A DNA stretch of 64,000 bases from Eledone cirrhosa (GCA_964016885.1 OZ024746.1:992001-1056000); one strand, 5' to 3'. Counted from the stretch's first letter, positions 50,271 to 64,000 are shown. Numbers and translations are program-made. The notes: generated by a model not told the origin, from the sequence alone.

Positions 50271-50409
50271 AATAATGATGGTTTCTTTATTAGCCACACA
50301 GGGTTTACATTAAGAGGACAATAAGGACAGTACAGTGTGGGTTTTTGTGTGAGGGAAAGGTTTATAAAGAAGACTAAAAATAAACATTTAAAATAATAAT
50401 AAAATATCT

Positions 50410-50720
50410 TGAATGTGGAAAATAAAACAATAGCTATAATAATAGGAGCTATGGGACTAAGACACACAGACAGATACATAACTACCAGGACTTACTAATA
50501 TATACAGCATAGAAAGTATAGCACTACTAGGTACAGCACACATATTATGAAAAGTACTATCAATACAATAGAAACATCTGATAGTCAAGGCACACAGAGC
50601 TGTGCTCAGTAAAGCAGTAAAGATGTGCAATAAAAATAATAGAAATAATAACAATAACAATAATAATAATAATAACAATAACAATAATAATAATAACAAT
50701 AACAATAATAATAATAATAA
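50410..50720 (+). mobile_element. R4/Dong-like non-LTR 3' end followed by (TAA)n
   Basis: TIAIIIGAMGL...LPGLTNIYSIESIALLGTAHIL*KVLS, a typical R4/Dong C-terminus; Dong-group elements are known to target TAA repeats. Confidence 0.7.
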
Positions 50721-50826
50721 TATGATTGTGGTGGTGATAGCGATGATGATGATTTTCAAGATTAAAATTATCTTCAGAATAAAGTTTCTTTCAAAAAAAA
50801 AAACCTTTTCCATTAATAAATTTTGA

Positions 50827-51320
50827 TATTTTAAATAACATTTTAAATAACATTTTAAATAACATTTTAAATAACACTTTAAATAACATTTTAAATAATT
50901 CTTTAAATAACATTTTAAATAACACTTTAAATAACATTTTAAATAACATTTTAAATAATTCTTTAAATAACATTTTAAATAACACTTTAAATAACATTTT
51001 AAATAATTCTTTAAATAACATTTTAAATAACACTTTAAATAACATTTTAAATAACATTTTAAATAACACTTTAAATAACATTTTAAATAACACTTTAAAT
51101 AACATTTTAAATAATTCTTTAAATAACATTTTAAATAACATTTTAAATAACATTTTAAATAACTCTTTAAATAACATTTTAAATAACATTTTAAATAACA
51201 TTTTAAATAACACTTTAAATAACATTTTAAATAATTCTTTAAATAACATTTTAAATAACACTTTAAATAACATTTTAAATAACTCTTTAAATAACATTTT
51301 AAATAACATTTTAAATAACA
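50827..51320. repeat. 12-bp AT-rich minisatellite, ~41 copies
   Basis: Unit ttttaaataaca with ct/ttct variants. Confidence 0.95.
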
Positions 51321-52289
51321 CAGCTTATTTCTTTATTCTAGAAAAATAGATAAACATATATAATACACATATAAATAATAATAAATAAAGAGATTAGTTT
51401 GAGAAAAGTTTCTTTTTTAGATATCTTTTTTATTAAATCAAAGAAAAGACAAGGCAGGATATTAAAATCAGTTTATTGTGTGTTGTAAGGCAAGAGTTGG
51501 TTAGAAACTCCATTCAGTTTGGGGTTTTTATATAAAAAATTTCAAAAACATTTTCTTTTCTGCCGTCTCACCATTCATGGGATAATATCTATTCTAAGTG
51601 AGTCTCACAATTTATTAAGGGATGAGAGATGTTTCACAGTTTGATTTTTTGCATGACCATTGTACAAGAAGCAAACTTGATAGAAAATGTTTTAGTTGTG
51701 GGTTCAAGTCAGCTAAAGAATTTGCTGCCCTGTATTCCAGTTGAATTACACTCTAACTGGCAATTAAGAATGAAATCTTTCTATGAATGCAATAATTAAA
51801 CATATTTATTAAGTATTTGTACTGGTTTGAAAAATTTCTTCAATTTTATGAGAAAGCAAAAAAAAAAGGAAGGATGGCCAGAAGGATGAAAAGTATAGTG
51901 AGGGGGGGGGGGGGGGGGGGATTTTGTTTTGTGGCAAGGAACCAAAAGAGAAAAACAAAAAGATATTACAATATAAAAAAAACCTAAACAAATGCACGAC
52001 CACAAACTTATAAGAAAATAATTGTAGGGAGAAAAATAAAGGGGAAGTGTGAAAAAAAGTGGTTTATAGCAATATAAGAGAGTTGAAAGGTTAGAAAGTT
52101 GAATACTGAAATAATAGAAATGAGGATGGTGCTTAAGAGATGTTTTAAGCTAGCTAACATTTAGCAACTTTCATTCAGACGTAATCTTATATATTCCAAA
52201 AGCTATTTCCTCTTTGCTTTATCATTGGTTATTTACAAAATTTCTCATAGAATTTTTACAATTGTTTTCAATTTTAGTTACTTATTTAT

Positions 52290-52562
52290 ATTCATATATA
52301 TATGTGTGTGTGTAAATGTGCATATATATATGTATATATGTATATGTGTATATATATGTATACACACACACACACATATATATGTGTGTGTATATATATA
52401 TGTGTATATATATGTATATATATATGTATATGTATATATATATATATGTATATGTATATATATATACTCTCATTTCTATAATATGAAGAGTGTGTTTAAC
52501 TCCAACACACTCTAGTATTTTAATTCTTATGTATATATATATGTATATGTATATGTATATGA

Positions 52563-52616
<54 letters not shown>

Positions 52617-52984
52617 GTGCATATATGTATATGTGCATATATGTATATGGGAATATATGTTTATGCATATATATGTGTATATCCATATATGTATATGGAC
52701 ATATAAATGTATATATATATATATTTATATATATAAATGTATATACATTTATATATATATAAATGTATATATATATTTATATATATATAAATGTATATAT
52801 ATATATTTGTCATAATATATATGTACATATATACATTTATATATATATTTGTATATATATATATATATATGTACATATATACATTTATATATATATATGT
52901 ACATATATACATTTATATATATATATGTACATATATACATTTATATGTATATATATATATACATTTATATATATATATATGTAC

Positions 52985-53023
<39 letters not shown>

Positions 53024-53046
53024 CATTTATATATATATATATGTAC

Positions 53047-53079
<33 letters not shown>

Positions 53080-53518
53080 CATTTATATATATATGTATAT
53101 ATATATATTTCCACAATTTAAATGAATAAGAATTTAAAGATATTAGAGCAAAAGGAAAGAAAAAAGGTGTTTAAAAAATCTATAAAAGAGTTTAATATAT
53201 TATTAGAGAAGAGTTCTTTTGAACAAAAGACATTGGACAATAAAAGACTAATAAAAGGATGGAATATCCAGAAGTTACAGTCTTTTAATTCTTCATCTTT
53301 AATTTCATGTGTATGTGTGTGTATGTATGTATGTATGTATGTATGTATGTATGTATGTATGCATGCATGCATGCATGCATGCATGCGTGTGTGTGTGAGT
53401 GTGTATGTATATATATGTATGCATGTATTTATGTATGTATATATGTATATATGTGTGTATTTATGTATATATGTATGTGTGTGTCTGTATCCATGTATGC
53501 ATGTATGTATGCATGTAT

Positions 53519-53564
<46 letters not shown>

Positions 53565-53630
53565 TTGTATTTATGTATATATGTATGTGCATTTATGTAT
53601 ATATGTATGTGCATTTATGTATATATTTAT
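52290..53630. repeat. (TA)n/(TATG)n microsatellite tracts
   Basis: Direct inspection; one AT-rich unique spacer at ~53110-53305. Confidence 0.88.
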
Positions 53631-53659
53631 GTTATCTCTTTCTCTTAATTTCGAGTATA

Positions 53660-53950
53660 TTTTTTGACTGGCCACCTTCCTGGTGTCAAGGTTGTAAAAG
53701 AAAAGAAATTGTCATCCCTTGAATCGCAAGAATGTTTTGCAAATTTTGAAGGTGCCAGCTATCGCAGCCATTTGTAGACTATGAATTAGGGAGCTGTGCT
53801 TTTTGTCCTCAAATCCAAGTTCAGTCATACTTTGGTCTAAGCGGGTTGGTATATAACCCGTAGCTCCAATAATGATGGGTATGAAGCTAAAGGTATATCT
53901 TGGATACTGGATTTGTAAACTTCTCATCAATGGTCCGTAGATATCCTCCT
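53660..53950 (-). mobile_element. Restriction-like-endonuclease non-LTR element (R4/NeSL-like) C-terminal fragment
   Basis: KEDIYGPLMRSLQIQYPRYTFSFIPIIIGATGYIPTRL...LQMAAIAGTFKICKTFLRFKG*. Confidence 0.75.
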
Positions 53951-53951
53951 T

Positions 53952-54838
53952 CGGGGTCAGCAAGACATATGCAGGAGGACAAAGGTAAAGGTGTACAAGG
54001 CATGTGTGCTCTCTTGTCTTCTTTATGCCTGCGAGACCTGGGTCACATATCGACACCACCTTAAGCAATTGGAGCGTTTCCATCAGATGTGTTTCAGACG
54101 GATCCATGGCGTTCACTGGAGGGACCACATCAGTGATGTCGAGATTTTGGAAAGCTCTATGTGTGACAGTATAGAAGCTCTTGTGCTTAAGCAACGACTC
54201 CGTTGGAGTGGTCACCTTGCCAGGATGAAGGATTCTAGAATACCAAAACAACTCTTTTATGGAGAGTGAGTTAAAGGAAAATGACCGCCACATAAACCAA
54301 AAAAGAAGTATAAGGATTCCTTGAAAGCCTCTTTGAAAGACGCTAATATCTCTGCTGATACATGCATGGGAAATATTGCTGCTGATCATAATAAATGGAG
54401 AAAGACTGTATATGAGGGAAAAGTTGCCTTTTAGGCATCTCGAATCGCATACGAGAAAGTAAAGCGGGATGTGAGGAAGGGCATTTCTGTTGCACTTCCA
54501 GACGGCGAGGGTCCTCCTATGGTGCTGACATGCAGCGTCTGTGCGAGACTCTGCCTAAGCAAAGCTGGACTCGAAAGTCATCTTCGCAGTCATAAAGTAA
54601 GACCAGTGATTGACTACCAGGCTGCTGTTGGAGATGCTACTCATCATGCTTGCCAAGCATGTGGTAGAGAATGAAAATCAGCAGGAGGGCTCAAACGACA
54701 TGCAAAAGTACACAAACTCCAACCACAGCCGGCTATTCCCAGTGAATCTTTTGGTTGCCGACTCTGTGCAAGACATTTTAGATCATTGGCTGAGCTAAAA
54801 AGTCACATTCGATCGCAGCGCTGTTAGTTGCTATCGTG
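53952..54838 (+). mobile_element. RTE LINE 3' fragment with three C-terminal C2H2 zinc fingers
   Basis: TKVKVYKACVLSCLLYACETW...LERFHQ...RLRWSGHLARMKDSRIPKQLFYGE; then CSVCARLCLSKAGLESHLRSH, CQACGRE*KSAGGLKRHAKVH and CRLCARHFRSLAELKSHIRSQ; several in-frame stops. Confidence 0.88.
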
Positions 54839-54882
54839 TGTGTATAGATATGTTTATGTGTGCGTGTGTGTGTATATATATA

Positions 54883-55630
54883 TCATCACCATCATCATCG
54901 TTTAACGTCCATCTTCCACGCTAGCATGGGTTTGGACGGGAATTTTCCCACTTGAGGCAAGATTGGTTGTCTTGCTCGTATAGGACTGTCTGGCGGGTTT
55001 TCTACGGCTGGATGCCCTTCCTAACACCAACCACGTTTACAGTGTGGACTGGGAGGTTTTTACTGTGTTACCTACACGGCCACATTACAGCGTACTGCGT
55101 GTTTTTTTGTCGTGACACCTACACGCCCTCATTTGTTTCAGACTGGATGCTGTGGTACCAACATAACTTTACATTGGAAGGAGTGGTGTAGATAGGGTGG
55201 GGGTAGTGGGGCCGGGGTGTATTTTTGTTAGAGGTGCCTACTGACTGTGGGTTTCGCTTTGTACTTAGGCAAGGCGGGTCTTCTGTATTACTGTGTAGCA
55301 CCAAAGATCTCGGTCCAGTGACATTGTCTTGGAGAGGTGCAAGTGTGTGAGGTCGGAGTTTAGCAAGTTGTCCCAGGTTTATCTGGGTCTGCCTACTCTG
55401 TGGCTACCGTCTATTTTTATCGCCATACACTTCTTTATACAGCTGTCGTCTTTCATGCGCATCGCGTGACCGTACCAACGTAGTCTTCTCTCAAGTAAAC
55501 AGCATCTGATCCCTCTTATTCCTAATTTCTCCCTTAGTTCGTTTATGCTTTGCCGTTCACGTATATTACTATTACACATCCAGCGGAGCATGCAAGCTTC
55601 GTTCCTCTCCAGTCTGCATATATCTTCTGT
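54883..55630 (-). mobile_element. RTE family B 3' fragment
   Basis: RLERNEACMLRWMC...RRLRWYGHAMRM...VGRPR plus the UTR and tail homologous to 4598-5205. Confidence 0.88.
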
Positions 55631-55869
55631 ATATGTATATATCATATGTATATGTATATTATTATTGTTGTTGTCGTTATTATTATTATTGTTATTATTA
55701 TTATTATTAATATATGTGTATGTATATATATATGTGTGTATATATATATGTATGTGTATATATATGTATATATATATATATATATTTTATTTTATTTAGT
55801 TTTTTTTTTTTTTTTTTTTTTTTCTCGTGCAATGGCCATACTCGATAACGAGGGGGCAGCCATCATCAT

Positions 55870-57170
55870 GTGTGTGTCTGTTAATGTATGTATGTGTGTG
55901 TCTATTTATGTATATATGTGTGTGTCTATGTATGTATGCGTGTGTCTATTTATGCATATATGTGTCTGTCTATTTATGTATGTGTGTGTCTATTTAAGTA
56001 TGTATGTGTGTGTCTATTTATGTCTGTATGTGTGTGTCTATTTATGTCTGTATGTGTGTGAATTTATGTATCTATGTGTATGTCTATGTATGTATATATG
56101 TGTGTGTATGTATCTGTCTGTTTATGTATGTATATGTGTGTCTATGTATGTATGTGTGTCTATGTATGTATGTATATGTGTCTATGTATGTATGTGTGTC
56201 TATGTATGTATGTGTGTCTATGTATGTATGTGTGTCTATGTATGTATGTATGTGTGTCTATGTATGTATATATATGTGTGTCTATGTATGTGTGTATTTA
56301 TGTATGTATGTATGTGTGTCTATGTATGTATGTGTGTGTGTGTATTTATGTATGTGTGTCTATGTATGTATGTGTGTCTATGTATGAATGTGTGTCTATA
56401 TATGTATGTGTGTCTATGTATGTATGTGTGTCTATGTATGTATGTGTGTCTATGTATGTATGTGTGTCTATGTATGTATGTGTGTCTATATATGTATGTG
56501 TGTCTATGTATGTATGTGTGTCTATGTATGTATGTGTGTCTATGTATGTATGTGTGTCTATGTATGTATGTGTGTCTATGTATGAATGTGTGTCTATGTA
56601 TGTGTGTGTGTCTATGTATGTATGTGTGTCTATGTATGTATGTGTGTCTATGTAAGTGTGTCTATGTATGTATCTGTGTCTATGTATGTATGTGTGTCTA
56701 TGTATGTATGTGTGTCTATGTGTGTCTATGTATGTATGTATGTGTGTCTATGTATGTATGTGTGTCTATGTATGTGTGTCTATGTATGTATGTGTGTCTA
56801 TGTATGTATGTGTGTCTATGTATGTATGTAAGTTCTGGTTTCATTATTTTATAAAGTTTAGCAATGGAGAGTCTTGCCTCAAACAGAGACACAAGAGTCA
56901 TTTTAAGACATCAACTAGGTAAATATGTCTGTGTGTCTATGTCTGCCTGTGTGTGTGTGTCTGCCTGTGTGTGTGTGTCTCTGCCTGTGTGTGTGTCTGC
57001 CTGTGTGTGTGTGTGTGTGTCTGCCTGTGTGTGTGTGTGTCTGCCTGTGTGTGTGTCTGCCTGTGTGAGTGTGTGTCTGCCTGTGTGTGTATGTCTGCCT
57101 GTGTGAGTGTCTGTCTGTGTGTGTGTGTCTGCCTGCGTATGTCTGTGTATGTCTGCCTGTGTGTGTGTCT
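55870..57170. repeat. (TATG)n-TGTGTC and (TG)n-TCTGCC compound repeats
   Basis: Direct inspection. Confidence 0.9.
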
Positions 57171-57593
57171 GCACTACAGATGTAACTCTCATCTCACACT
57201 ACAGATGTAACTCTCATCCAACACTACAGATGTAACTCTCATCCAACACTACAGATGTAACTCTCATCTCACACTACAGATGTAACTCTCATCCAACACT
57301 ACAGATGTAACTCTCATCCAACACTACAGATGTAACTCTCATCTCACACTACAGATGTAACTCTCATCTCACACTACAGATGTAACTCTCATCCAACACT
57401 ACAGATGTAACTCTCATCTCACACTACAGATGTAACTCTCATCCAACACTACAGATGTAACTCTCATCCAACACTACAGATGTAACTCTCATCCAACACT
57501 ACAGATGTAACTCTCATCCAACACTACAGATGTAACTCTCATCCAACACTACAGATGTAACTCTCATCCAACACTACAGATGTAACTCTCATC
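57171..57593. repeat. 25-bp minisatellite, ~17 copies
   Basis: Unit cactacagatgtaactctcatc(ca/tc)a, with two variants. Confidence 0.95.
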
Positions 57594-57719
57594 AGTTTTC
57601 TGGTTTTCTCAATTTTTACTGATAAAAATAATTGATCAATGAGGAATGTGAGGGAGGGGGAGGAGGAGAGAGAGTAAGAGTTTAGAGAGAAACTGACAAC
57701 CAGATGTGATGTACGAATG

Positions 57720-58120
57720 ATTACCCCCCACCTCCAAATAACTTAGCCCCACCACCACCAACTAACATACCCCCTACCCACCACCATCAACTAAACCCCC
57801 CACCACCACCACCACCAACCAACATACCCTGCATACCCACCACCACCAACTAATATACTACCCCGTTACCCCCCCCCCCCCCCCCACTACCCCCCCTAAC
57901 ACACCCCCATACCCCACCACCAACTAACCCACCCCCATACCCCCCACCACCAAATAACCAATCCCCACCCACCACCACCAACTAACCTACCCCCCATACC
58001 CCCCACCACCAACTAACCTACCCCCATACCCCCCACCACCAACTAACCTACCCCCATACCCCCCACCACCAACTAACCTACCCCCCATACCCCCCCACTA
58101 ACTAACCTACCACCCACCTC
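57720..58120. repeat. C-rich ~30-bp degenerate minisatellite (G-rich on the minus strand)
   Basis: Unit cccccaccaccaactaacctacccccata. Confidence 0.85.
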
Positions 58121-58639
58121 TGGGTCCCGGCTAATATATTATTTGATAGATAAACAGTCATCGTTTATGTCATCCATTTATTGTGATAAATTTACCTGTT
58201 TCCATTGGATACTGACACACAAACAACTAATCACACACACACATATAGACATATTCTGTGTATCTTTCTTTTGATGTCATATTAGAGGAAGAATCCACCC
58301 CAGTACTTGACTGGTACCTTTTTTTTTCGACCTCAGAAGGATGAAAGGCAAAGTTGAGCTCAGCAGGATTTGAACTGAGAGAGTCGAAACAAATATAACA
58401 AAGCACATTCCTCCTCTCTATTGCTTCCATTCTCTGGAAGAAATCTGCTGTATTCAGACTTGGAGAGAGATGGGTTCTACCAGGTTAAAACACTGCACTC
58501 CTACGACTTCAGGAGTTACAGGACCAAGTGTGATATCACAGTCCTTATGGCACCTTATCATTCATTCTTCCAGTGATCAATAAAATAAGTATTGATCATA
58601 TACTCTGATAGATTCAAAAGAATATATCTTTATTCAGTA

Positions 58640-59112
58640 ATCAGAAGAAGGGAGGTATGTGTAAAATCCAAACTCACTATCCTTAATTTGGTATTTGTGC
58701 CAACCCTTACCTATGGTCATGAATCTTGGGTAATGACTGAAAGAATATGATGATGGTTACAAGTGGCCGAAATGGGATTCCTCCGAAGAGTCTTTGGAGT
58801 AACGTCACTTGATAGAGTGTAGCTTGGAGATGAGAGAGTCACTCCACGTAGAGCTGCTACTTTTCTGAATTGAGAGATCACAGCTCTGATACTATAGACA
58901 TGTGGTTAGAATGTCTCTGGAAAGAATCGTTGGACAGATTATATGGGCAAAACCAACCAGCAGGAGACCCAGGTGTAGACCCCGAGTAAGATGGTTGGAT
59001 AACATCCATGATCTTGGCTGGTCTCACTTGGGGAACCAGTCAAATCAGTTGGAGACAGTTACTTCTGACAGGACCCACTGGAAGGGGTGTTTGAGGACTC
59101 TGATCCCACGAC
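58640..59112 (+). mobile_element. Expander/Rex3-like RTE 3' fragment
   Basis: Colinear with 343-820; MVRMSLERIVGQIIWAKPTSRRPRCRPRVRWLD. Confidence 0.88.
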
Positions 59113-59693
59113 CTATTTTCTGTGAAAATACCTTTGCAGTTTTGTCCATGGGGCTCAGCTGAAACACCGCTCTGACCTAGGTGTAGCGTCACCCTCCCTC
59201 CTTCCGTTACCTAGTAGTCCCTGTTCTTCCCTTCTTTTCTTCTAATTTATGGCATTTATAGTCCTTTCCAATGTTGCTTTCTTTTTCTGTGTTTAACCAA
59301 GTATTACATTTTTTTCTGTGGCTGGAATTCTATAAAATTCTTTAAAATAGTTTTATAATATTCTGAATCTGATTTTTTGGGTGATAATTAAAATGCTTCA
59401 TTTTAGTTTTAAGTCATTCGGTTTCTCTAATAATTGCAAACAAAATATCAAAATGGATGGGTAAATTTGTTGAAATTCTTTCCCTTATTTTGTGGTTGGC
59501 AATCGTCATAGGAGGATAGATTAGGTGCTAGAAATGGATATGGTAACGGTATTCACAAGTTAACAATTAAAATGAACTAATGCCAAAGAAAATGTCTGTT
59601 GACAGATCTTCTTCAGTTTCACTGGAAATGACTAATGAGGCTCAGTTTAGTTGGACATACATCAAAACAACACTGAATCAAACACATACACAC

Positions 59694-59777
<84 letters not shown>

Positions 59778-60399
59778 GCATACATACATACATACATATA
59801 TATATATACATACACACACACACACATATATATGGAAAACTGATGTAAATTTATATATATATAAATACACACACATACATATATATATATTGAAAACAGA
59901 CTAAAAATGATAATTATATATATATATATATATATATATAACTTGTAAGGAGGAAACAACTTGAGAAAAATAACATAAAAATAAAATGAAAGACAATAAC
60001 AGAAATAAAAAAAAAGATAAAAAATAAAAAATAAGCTGCACACAAAAAGATTTTTTTTCTTCAAGTTGAGTTTTTTTTTTAAATATCTGAAGATTTTCCA
60101 TCATTTTTTTGTTGTTTTTGTCTTTAACACAAATGAGAATTAATGTTGTCATGTCAATTTGTGTTGGGTGTTTTGGAAAAGATGTTTCCACTTAATAGAC
60201 TGCAACATTGATGTAGCACTGTTGTCTATATCAGTTAAGGAACAACTATTAATGAAAATGAACCCCAGAAAATCTGACTGAACATGGCGTTTTTTGCCAC
60301 CATTAGCAGCAGTGACAATATCAGCAGCAACTGGATTTCTAGTAAACTATTCTCTTTGCAGATATGTCTGCAGTCTTGAAATCAAATAATAATGATAAT

Positions 60400-60808
60400 A
60401 ATTGTTTCTACTTTAGGCACAAGGCCAGCAATTACCCAGTGCATTACTGGTACTTTATTTTATCGACCCCATAAGGATGAAAGGCAAAGTCAACCTCGGC
60501 GGGATTTGAACTCAGATCGTAAAGGGACGTAACTATGCTGGAAAGCATGGCGTCCGACCCTCTACCGATACTGCCAATCCACGGTTTCTGATTTAGACAC
60601 AGGGCCAGTAATTTGAAGGGGAGGGGGAAAGTCGATTAAATCGACCCCAGTACATTATTGGCATTTTATTTCATCGACCCCGCAAAGATGAAAGGCAAAG
60701 CTAACCTCGGCGGGATTTGAACTCAGAATGTAGAGCCATAAAGAGCCATAACTCTGTCACAAAGCATAATGTCCAATGCTGTAACAATACTGCCCATCCA
60801 CTGTCCTA
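60400..60808 (-). mobile_element. Two tandem Meta-domain tRNA SINEs
   Basis: 60400-60582 is nearly identical to 49558-49742; 60585-60808 resembles 49945-50145; (AAT)n flanks. Confidence 0.82.
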
Positions 60809-60820
60809 ATAATAATAGTA

Positions 60821-60857
<37 letters not shown>

Positions 60858-61499
60858 TGATGATGAAAAAAATGTTTTAAATATTTAAATGCAGCATTTT
60901 ATTTGAAATTTTGTATTTTCTACCTGTTTTTTTTGTTTTTTTAATGGAGTGTTCATTGTGAAATATTCTTAGAATCCCCTCTATATTCTTTGGAAATATT
61001 TTCTATAATTTTTCAGTTGGATTTTATTTTGTTTTTGGTTTATCTTTTAAGTAAAATAATTTTGTTTTTATGTTTTTGTATTTGTTCTGCAAGATTCTTG
61101 ATGTGAAATCATGTGTTGAAACCAATATTATTATATTTGGGGAGGGTCATGTTGCCAATATTGCCAATAGAAACAAACACATGCACCATATAATTTTCAC
61201 TTTATCTTTATCGTATGTTATTCATTCGTTTGTCAAAGTTCTTTTATCACACATTCTGTGGACCTCCTCAATGACTATTTTGTACCTCCTCGTTTTCCTC
61301 AAAACATATAATAATTGAGGAGGTCATAGAATGTATGATGAAAGAACTTTGACAAACAAATGAATAATGAACAATAATTTTGTCTATTGAACAAAAATAT
61401 GTTTCAGAAATGTTACCTAAGACATAATTATAAAGATCATATTTAGATTCAAGCTGATATCTTTTAGTGTTCAACATTTATAAATAAGATAAACACATG

Positions 61500-61935
61500 T
61501 ATGTGAAGTGAGATGTTGCATGGAAGTGAAACATGGGTAGTGACTGCAGAGGGCATGCAGAGAGTGGAGAGAAATGAAGCAGCTATGTTTCATTGGATGT
61601 GTAATGTAAATGTAAGAGAAAGGCAGAGTTGGGATGAACTGAGGAAAAAGCTGGGTGTGAGAGGAATCTGGGGTGGTGTGCAGGAGAGAAGATTGTGTTG
61701 GTATGGACATGTGATGTGCATGAATGATGATTGATGGGTGAAGAAGTGCCAGGAAATGCCAGTGGAAGGAAGCCACAGTAGAGGTAGACCAAGGAGGTGA
61801 GAGCTGACCTCAAATCACTGAGACTCACAAAGGAGATGTCGAAGGAAGACGATAAGTGGAGAGATGTTGTAGTGAAGACACATCTAACCCATGCAAGCAT
61901 GGGAAAACAGACAATAAAATATGATGATGATGATA
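61500..61935 (+). mobile_element. RTE 3' fragment with (GAT)n tail
   Basis: MLHGSETWVVT..RVERNEAAMFHWMC..RRLCWYGHVM..RADLKSLRL. Confidence 0.85.
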
Positions 61936-62899
61936 GATATCCCCAGGTTTGGAATACCTTCTGTATTTGGAACTGTAGAATATTCCATAGCTTCCTCTAA
62001 AAATAAGCCAAGTTTAATACCTGAAGAAGTGTTAAAGTCTTCAACAGTGTTAAAAGATTTACTTTTAGCAATGCAGCTAACTCAGCTTTTAGATGTAACA
62101 AATTCTTTGCACTTTCCAAGGTACAAAGTATTTGCTTTTAAAAGTGTTATATTCTGCTTGTTTGATGGAGTGACATTACTGTTGTCTTTATGTGTTCAAG
62201 TTGATTAAAGGAAACTGCAATAGGCAGCTATATTTTTGCAGATTCTAAGCAGCAATAAAAAAGAATCCATGATTGAAAACAAAAAGAGTAGCAACTTCTA
62301 AGAAAAGAATCGTTTGTTCAATGTGTTGCGAATGTGATTAGAATACATGATAAAATCACTTTGATTGGTCAGTTGTTAGACATCTCATATCAACATTGTA
62401 TAAATAATTCTTTCTAAAACTAGAACAAGGCCAGTAATTTGGAGGAAAAGGGAAGTCATTCATTATAAAATAGAATACCAGTAATGCACTGGGGTCAATT
62501 TAATCGACTTTCCCCTCCCCACAAAAAATTGATAGCCTTGTGCCTAAATCAGAAACCATTATGTAAAATATTTCGACTATGTCTTTGATTTCATTCAATA
62601 GTTGTGGTTGTTTGAAGCACAACACTCAAATGCAACAGAGATTGACTCCATGTTAAATTAATGTAATAACAAATAACATATGTAAAGAATACAAAATAGA
62701 TATAATGCTTATTATAAACATATTCTCAGAAGAATGACAGAGTAATATTGTTTGTGTCATTGTTTAAATAACCATTGGAACACCCTACCAAATTAGTTAA
62801 CGTAAATGTAAAGGGCCAACTTGTAGCATATTTGTTTTAAAAAACCCAAATTGAGTACTGCACTTTCTCATGGCCAAGGAAAGTTGAGCTAAGAACTGG

Positions 62900-62986
<87 letters not shown>

Positions 62987-63029
62987 TGGATTAAATTTGG
63001 TCAAGAACTAATTTTTAATCTTTCTGAGG

Positions 63030-63195
63030 GTGTTGGGGTGTTGAGTCTTCAAACACTCCTTCCAGCAGGTCCTGCAACCTTCCAGCTACATTCTCCAACT
63101 GATCTGGCTGGATCCTTCCAAGCAGGACCATCCAAGCTCATGGATGTTATCCAACCATATTGCTCGGGGTCTACCCCTGGGTCTCCTGCTAGTTT
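63030..63195 (-). mobile_element. Expander/Rex3-like RTE 3' fragment
   Basis: Reverse-complement match to ~660-820. Confidence 0.75.
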
Positions 63196-63465
63196 TGTTG
63201 ATAAATTAAATCCCAAATACAGGAATGTATTAAGACAACAATTCCCTCCAGTGAAAGTCATATGAGGTCTGTCAGATGTAATAATATATAATTCTTATTC
63301 TTGTCTTTCTGTAACAATAACTTAATTCATCTGGATTAGAATCTTTGAGACCAGATGTACATCTTTTATAGAAAGATGAGTTAAGAGCAAAGTTACTGAA
63401 GTTCTAGTCAGCTTTGGAAAGATGTATTGTCAACATCATCATCAACATTATCATCATTTTAGATC

Positions 63466-64000
63466 TCATAGAGGAATATCATCATCATCATACATTGTAG
63501 AGGTATCATCCTCATCATACATTGTAGAGGAATATCATCCTCATCATACATTGTAGAGGAATATCATCCTCATCATACATTGTAGAGGAATATCATCCTC
63601 ATCATACATTGTAGAGGAATATCATCCTCATCATACATTGTAGAGGTATCATCCTCATCATACATTGTAGAGGAATATCATCCTCATCATACATTGTAGA
63701 GGTATATCATCCTCATCATACATTGTAGAGGTATATCATCCTCATCATACATTGTAGAGGAATATCATCCTCATCATACATTGTAGAGGTATATCATCCT
63801 CATCATACATTGTAGAGGAATATCATCCTCATCATACATTGTAGAGGAATATCATCCTCATCATACATTGTAGAGGAATATCATCCTCATCATACATTGT
63901 AGAGGAATATCATCCTCATCATACAGTGTAGAGGAATATCATCCTCATCATACATTGTAGAGGAATATCATCCTCATCATACAGTGTAGAGGTATCATCC
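63466..64000. repeat. ~29-bp minisatellite running off the window end
   Basis: Unit tcatcctcatcatacattgtagaggaata, with 27-29-bp variants. Confidence 0.95.

Noticed and set aside
53712-54389. 225-aa minus-strand gene
   Set aside because: A chimera of antisense RTE sequence and an RLE-element C-terminus.

Overview
This is a repeat-dominated, AT-rich eukaryotic window with no intact protein-coding gene. The SINE types (CORE-type and Meta-domain, tRNA-derived), the RTE tails ending in (GAT)n and the microsatellite load suggest an octopus or other cephalopod intron or intergenic region; this is an inference. Contents: (i) decayed non-LTR retrotransposons (Expander/Rex3-like RTE x5, other RTEs, one with three C-terminal C2H2 fingers, CRE-like and R4/Dong-like restriction-endonuclease elements); (ii) SINEs and several MITEs; (iii) at least ten unrelated mini/satellite arrays; (iv) one candidate 33-nt exon. 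Nearly all long ORFs in the track are repeat artefacts. Two observations stand out. First, there is a cluster of type I hammerhead-ribozyme motifs from at least three sequence families at 2-16.4 kb, sitting inside small non-coding inverted-repeat or palindromic elements (Penelope-like/retrozyme-like), with fully compensatory stem II changes between two copies. Second, a 9.6-kb 33-bp satellite was born inside the zinc-knuckle coding segment of a CRE-like retrotransposon; both flanks and both seed variants are still readable, and it has a 495-bp higher-order repeat.
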